A stretch of DNA of 64,000 bases, taken from positions 3,557-67,556 of the forward strand of contig JAQVCG010000001.1 of the NCBI GenBank assembly GCA_028689875.1, in the 5' to 3' direction. Under the pieces are notes generated by a model. It was not told where the DNA came from. It searched no databases and saw nothing but the letters and a program-made list of their open reading frames with translations. This DNA is from Candidatus Rifleibacteriota bacterium. GTDB lineage: Bacteria > Muiribacteriota > Ozemobacteria > Ozemobacterales > Ozemobacteraceae. The translations under genes were made by a program, and so were the position numbers. Shown here piece by piece: positions 60,494 to 64,000 of this stretch (within the stretch, counting starts at the first letter, position 1; each line of letters begins with the position of its first letter).

Positions 60494-62818
60494 ATGGAAA
60501 AAAACAGTAACAATTACTACATTGAAAAGTTTTCCAATGCAAATAAGTTGCAGAAAATTGATTTTTTGAAAAAAATAAATTTAACTCAAGATGAATCGGT
60601 ATTGCATTTTCTCATAACCTGTCTTTCTGACGAATTTTGGAGTGTTAGAAAGATTGCAGCCGATAGAATCAAAGAATACGGTGAAGCAGTTATTCCTTTT
60701 TTGTCTAATGCGCTAAATTCAACTAATCAAGATATACAACACTGGTCGCTTCAGATACTTAGCGAGTTTGTACCAAAGGGCTTTCCTGCCATACTGCGCT
60801 CAATGAAAAGCTCAAATGAAGAAATAAGATATTTTGCAGCCATAGCTATTGGCAATGCAAAAATACCTCAGGGCGTAACCCTTTTGCTCAAAGCTCTTGG
60901 CGATGAACGATGGCGCGTAAGAAAAGCAGCTTCAGATGCTTTGGTAAAATACGGTGAAGCAGTAATAGCACCCTTACAGCAAATTTTAACTTTAACAGAC
61001 GATGAAGATATCAGGTTTTGGACAATCAAAACATTAGGCCGTCTTGGCCCTAAAGCACAGCGTTTTTTGCTTGAAGCTTTAAAGAATGGAGACAAACAAA
61101 TAAGATATGTAATAGCTGCAGCACTTGGAGAATCAGGAGACAAGCGCGTTATCAAGCTATTAATAGAATCTTTGGCAGATTCAGACTGGACCATAAGAAA
61201 GAGCGCTACTATGGCACTGGCTGAAATAGGCGATAATGCTGTAGAAATGATGCTTGAATATTTAGCAGGCCCTAATGAGCAAATACGAGAAGGATGCCTA
61301 AGAGCTTTAGTAAAAGCGGGAAGTAAAAGTTTACAGACTCTCTTCGATGAAATCGTTAAAATGGATGAAAATCGAAGGTTTTTGATTAGAAATTCTATTG
61401 TAAAAATTGGAGCACGCGTTGTAGAACCACTAATAAGACTATTTAAACTTCAAAATCCTGAAATACAGGTTTTTGCAGCCTCTGCGCTTGGAGAAATCGG
61501 AAATCCTAGGGCTGTTCCCATATTGGTAACGGGGCTTTCTGACAACAACTGGAATGTTAGAAGAAGCTGCGCTTATGCATTGACCGAAATTGGTGAACGC
61601 GGAGTTGATGTTATTGCAGATGCTTTGAGTAGCTCCAATGATGACGTAAGATATTGGGTAACTCGCATCCTTGAATCTATAGGCGAAGCAGGGGTTCCGT
61701 ATTTAGTCAGAGCATTAAAAGACACCAACCGCGAAATACGATATTTTTCAGCCAAAGCCCTAGGGAGTGCTTTTGATCCTACAGTTGGCAGAGCACTTAT
61801 TAATTCAATGGGCGATGAGATCTGGGGCGTGCGCAGGGCTGCTGCCGAAAGTCTCTGTGTGATAGAAAATCTGCCTGTTGAAGAGCTTTTGCGTCACATA
61901 GCAAGCGATAACGAAGATATAAGACATTGGGTTAATTATATACTAAGAGAAGTTGGGCACAAATATAAAAGCAGAATCATTGAAGCCATGAGGAAAGGCG
62001 ATGCAGAGCTTAGGTTATATGCTTGTCAAGCAGCCGGTATAATAGGAGACAAGGAATTTATTGAACCTTTGATAGTCTCATTAAGAGATGACAGTGAATG
62101 GGTAAGAATATATTCAGCCATATCTCTTGGACAAATTGGTGACCAACGTTCCTTTATCCCCTTAGTCAGATGTTTCTCTGACCGCAACACTGAAGTACAT
62201 CGCAGCGTAATAGCTGCGTTCAAACGACTCGGAGACAATGTGGTCAAAGAGCTTATTAAATGCACAGAAAGCGATGATGATGAATTAAAGCGCAATGCGG
62301 CTAAAGCCTTAGCTGAAATGGAAGAGTCACGCGGATTAGACCACATAATTATGCTTGCGGATGACGCAGATGAAAAAGTTAGAGTAACCGCCTGTGAAGC
62401 TATGAGTGCTTTCCCATGTGAAAAAACACGGGCAATACTTAAAAAATCTTTGGAAGACGGAAGCAAAAAGGTCAGAATAGCTGCTATTAAGTCTATCGGA
62501 GACTTAGGTTCTGTTCCGGATATTCATATTTTAGCAGATTTCCTTGAGTCAACAAAAGATGATTTAGAACAACGCACTGTTAGACGCATTCTTTCAGAGG
62601 TTGCTCTTAAAACCCCTGACTATTTCATAGATATGTTAGATTCAAAATCTTCAGCGATCAAAAACTTGGCTTTTGAAACACTCGTTATGGCCGGCACCGA
62701 TGTTCTTGCGCGCGTAACTGAAGTTGCAGCAGAAACCGAAAATCAAGGATTAGCGGCGGCTTGCAAAAAAGTAATTAAACAAATCAAGCTTCCTCGGGAG
62801 TCTATGTTCTATGCATGA
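60494..62818 (+). CDS. Giant HEAT-repeat (PBS-lyase HEAT-like) protein
   Basis: 774 aa made almost entirely of ~31-aa HEAT units such as DEFWSVRKIAADRIKEYGEAVIPFL, DERWRVRKAASDALVKYGEAVIAPL, DSDWTIRKSATMALAEIGDNAVEMM and DNNWNVRRSCAYALTEIGERGVDVI. Confidence 0.85.
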   Translation: MEKNSNNYYIEKFSNANKLQKIDFLKKINLTQDESVLHFLITCLSDEFWSVRKIAADRIKEYGEAVIPFLSNALNSTNQDIQHWSLQILSEFVPKGFPAILRSMKSSNEEIRYFAAIAIGNAKIPQGVTLLLKALGDERWRVRKAASDALVKYGEAVIAPLQQILTLTDDEDIRFWTIKTLGRLGPKAQRFLLEALKNGDKQIRYVIAAALGESGDKRVIKLLIESLADSDWTIRKSATMALAEIGDNAVEMMLEYLAGPNEQIREGCLRALVKAGSKSLQTLFDEIVKMDENRRFLIRNSIVKIGARVVEPLIRLFKLQNPEIQVFAASALGEIGNPRAVPILVTGLSDNNWNVRRSCAYALTEIGERGVDVIADALSSSNDDVRYWVTRILESIGEAGVPYLVRALKDTNREIRYFSAKALGSAFDPTVGRALINSMGDEIWGVRRAAAESLCVIENLPVEELLRHIASDNEDIRHWVNYILREVGHKYKSRIIEAMRKGDAELRLYACQAAGIIGDKEFIEPLIVSLRDDSEWVRIYSAISLGQIGDQRSFIPLVRCFSDRNTEVHRSVIAAFKRLGDNVVKELIKCTESDDDELKRNAAKALAEMEESRGLDHIIMLADDADEKVRVTACEAMSAFPCEKTRAILKKSLEDGSKKVRIAAIKSIGDLGSVPDIHILADFLESTKDDLEQRTVRRILSEVALKTPDYFIDMLDSKSSAIKNLAFETLVMAGTDVLARVTEVAAETENQGLAAACKKVIKQIKLPRESMFYA

Positions 62819-63917
62819 TCAACTTCAGTGGCTTAAGCTCATGTCTATGAGCTGGCTTGGACCAACTTTACAAGCCGGGCTGATTAAAAGATTTATAAAT
62901 CCGATAAATGCAGCAAAAGCCACAATTGAAGAGATATTAGAGATAAAAGGATTTGACTACAAGAGAGCGGCTCGCTTTTTGCGCGAGTATCACGAAACAA
63001 AGCCAATTTGCACAACAGACGAAATTTTAGAAAAGGGAATGAGATTTGTTAATTTCAACGAAGAAGAATACCCTGTTTATTTAAAAGAGATTGCAGATGC
63101 GCCTGTTGGGCTTTTTGTTAAAGGAAAATTGTGTGCAAAATCTCCTACAATAGGTATTGTAGGGTCAAGAAACGGCACACAGATGGGTTATGATATAACG
63201 CGAGACTTTGCGTCCACGCTTGCAAAAGCCGGTTTTGTTATAATCAGCGGATTAGCATTGGGTATAGATACTCACGCGCATATAGGAGCATTAGAAGCAA
63301 AGTCCCAGACAATTGCTGTTACTGCAAGCGGTCTCGACATAGTCTATCCAAGAGGGAACCAAAAAATTAGAAAGAGAATAGTTGAGGAAGGCGGCGCAAT
63401 TGTTTCTGAATACCCTCCGGGCGTGCCGGCACTTCCTTGGCATTTTCCCATTCGAAATAGAATTATTTCGGGAATGAGCATGGGCATACTAGTAATTGAG
63501 GCAAATGCTCAAAGCGGTTCATTAATAACTGCCAGATTAGCTGCTGAACAAAACAGAGATGTTTTTGCAATCCCCGGCAATATAAATCAGAGCTGTGCCC
63601 AGGGCACCATCGCACTGTTAAAAGATGGTGCAGCAATTGTCACTGACCCTGATGATCTGATAAATTATTACTCCGGCTCTTTGCCAAATCGGCCGATAAA
63701 AAAGAGCAAAACAATTGTAGACGACATGACTGATGATGAGAAAAAACTGTATGACGTTTTGGCTAAAGAACCCTTAACCGTCGACAGTTTGCTTGATAGT
63801 GGCTGGAAACCGGAAAGATTATTTTCTTTACTTTTACAGCTTGAAATGCGAGACTACATCATTAAGTTGCCTAATAACTGTTACCAGTCACGGTTGAAAG
63901 AGAATAGAAGAAAATAG
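62811..63917 (+). CDS. dprA: DNA processing protein DprA (Smf)
   Basis: 368 aa. IGIVGSRNGTQMGYDITRDFA, SGLALGIDTHAHIGAL, VYPRGNQKI, SGSLITARLAAEQNRDVFAIPG. Overlaps the HEAT gene by 8 nt. Confidence 0.9.
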   Translation: MHDQLQWLKLMSMSWLGPTLQAGLIKRFINPINAAKATIEEILEIKGFDYKRAARFLREYHETKPICTTDEILEKGMRFVNFNEEEYPVYLKEIADAPVGLFVKGKLCAKSPTIGIVGSRNGTQMGYDITRDFASTLAKAGFVIISGLALGIDTHAHIGALEAKSQTIAVTASGLDIVYPRGNQKIRKRIVEEGGAIVSEYPPGVPALPWHFPIRNRIISGMSMGILVIEANAQSGSLITARLAAEQNRDVFAIPGNINQSCAQGTIALLKDGAAIVTDPDDLINYYSGSLPNRPIKKSKTIVDDMTDDEKKLYDVLAKEPLTVDSLLDSGWKPERLFSLLLQLEMRDYIIKLPNNCYQSRLKENRRK

Positions 63918-63918
63918 C

Positions 63919-64000
63919 ATGAGCAAAAATTTGATTATTGTGGAATCACCCGGAAAAATTAAGACTTTGTCGAAATTTCTAGGCAAAGAATTTATCGTTG
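63919..64000 (+). CDS. topA: DNA topoisomerase I, N-terminal 27 codons (continues beyond window end)
   Basis: MSKNLIIVESPGKIKTLSKFLGKEFIV is the Toprim N-terminus (VESPxK) of bacterial TopA. It sits directly after dprA, a common pairing. Confidence 0.85.
   Translation, partial: MSKNLIIVESPGKIKTLSKFLGKEFIV

Noticed and set aside
1-64000. Looked for CRISPR arrays, IS elements or inverted-repeat-bounded insertions, integrases, toxin-antitoxin pairs, restriction-modification or other known defence genes, tRNA/rRNA genes and in-frame TGA/selenocysteine recoding.
   Set aside because: I saw no regularly spaced direct repeats, no transposase or integrase-like ORFs, no cloverleaf-capable spacers and no interrupted ORFs. 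All long genes read through without frameshifts. Absence is judged by eye only and should be confirmed with tRNAscan-SE, Rfam, ISfinder and DefenseFinder-type scans.

Overview
Gene-dense, visibly AT-rich chromosomal window with about 56 protein-coding genes on both strands. I saw no rRNA, tRNA, CRISPR array, transposase, integrase or phage gene. The host is a diderm bacterium whose phylum I cannot fix from sequence alone: it combines a Chlamydia/spirochaete-type V-ATPase operon, a compact ~290-aa sigma-70, an OstA/LptA-like protein, flagellin, a c-di-AMP cyclase and enterobacteria-like cmoAB. Blocks in order: truncated secreted protein (1-197); seven-gene V-type ATPase operon (394-7663); 954-aa orphan membrane protein; siroheme/alternative-heme operon sirC-hemA-hemC-cobA/hemD-radical SAM followed by a secreted CXXCH, beta-strand-rich protein (10721-17203); alpha-glucan phosphorylase; FAD/FeS/Mo xanthine-dehydrogenase-family trio; ABC-F ATPase; a 7-kb block of TPR/HEAT/BON/disordered/secreted proteins (25721-32918); minus-strand sigma factor and a ruvA-ruvB-mutS operon carrying an extra coiled-coil/DUF2325-like gene; yebC; flagellin; STAS protein; sulfatase-fold membrane enzyme and OstA-like protein; TIGR01212 radical SAM; cmoA-cmoB; TAXI binding protein-ddl-thiT-like; rpmB; Ig-like lipoprotein; ahbA/ahbB-hemL; dapA-cdaA-cdaR-giant HEAT protein-dprA-topA. 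Most worth a second look: (1) the 572-aa coiled-coil/DUF2325-like gene translationally coupled to mutS where mutL often sits; (2) the possible fused monoheme cytochrome/beta-barrel (Cyc2-like) protein just downstream of the heme operon; (3) histone-H1-like Lys/Ala/Pro tails on both ends of the molybdenum hydroxylase large subunit; (4) a BON/zinc-ribbon protein with a ~430-aa disordered tail carrying repeated acidic-aromatic short motifs; (5) the 954-aa orphan. All functional calls come from motif and architecture recognition by eye. No database search or computation was run.
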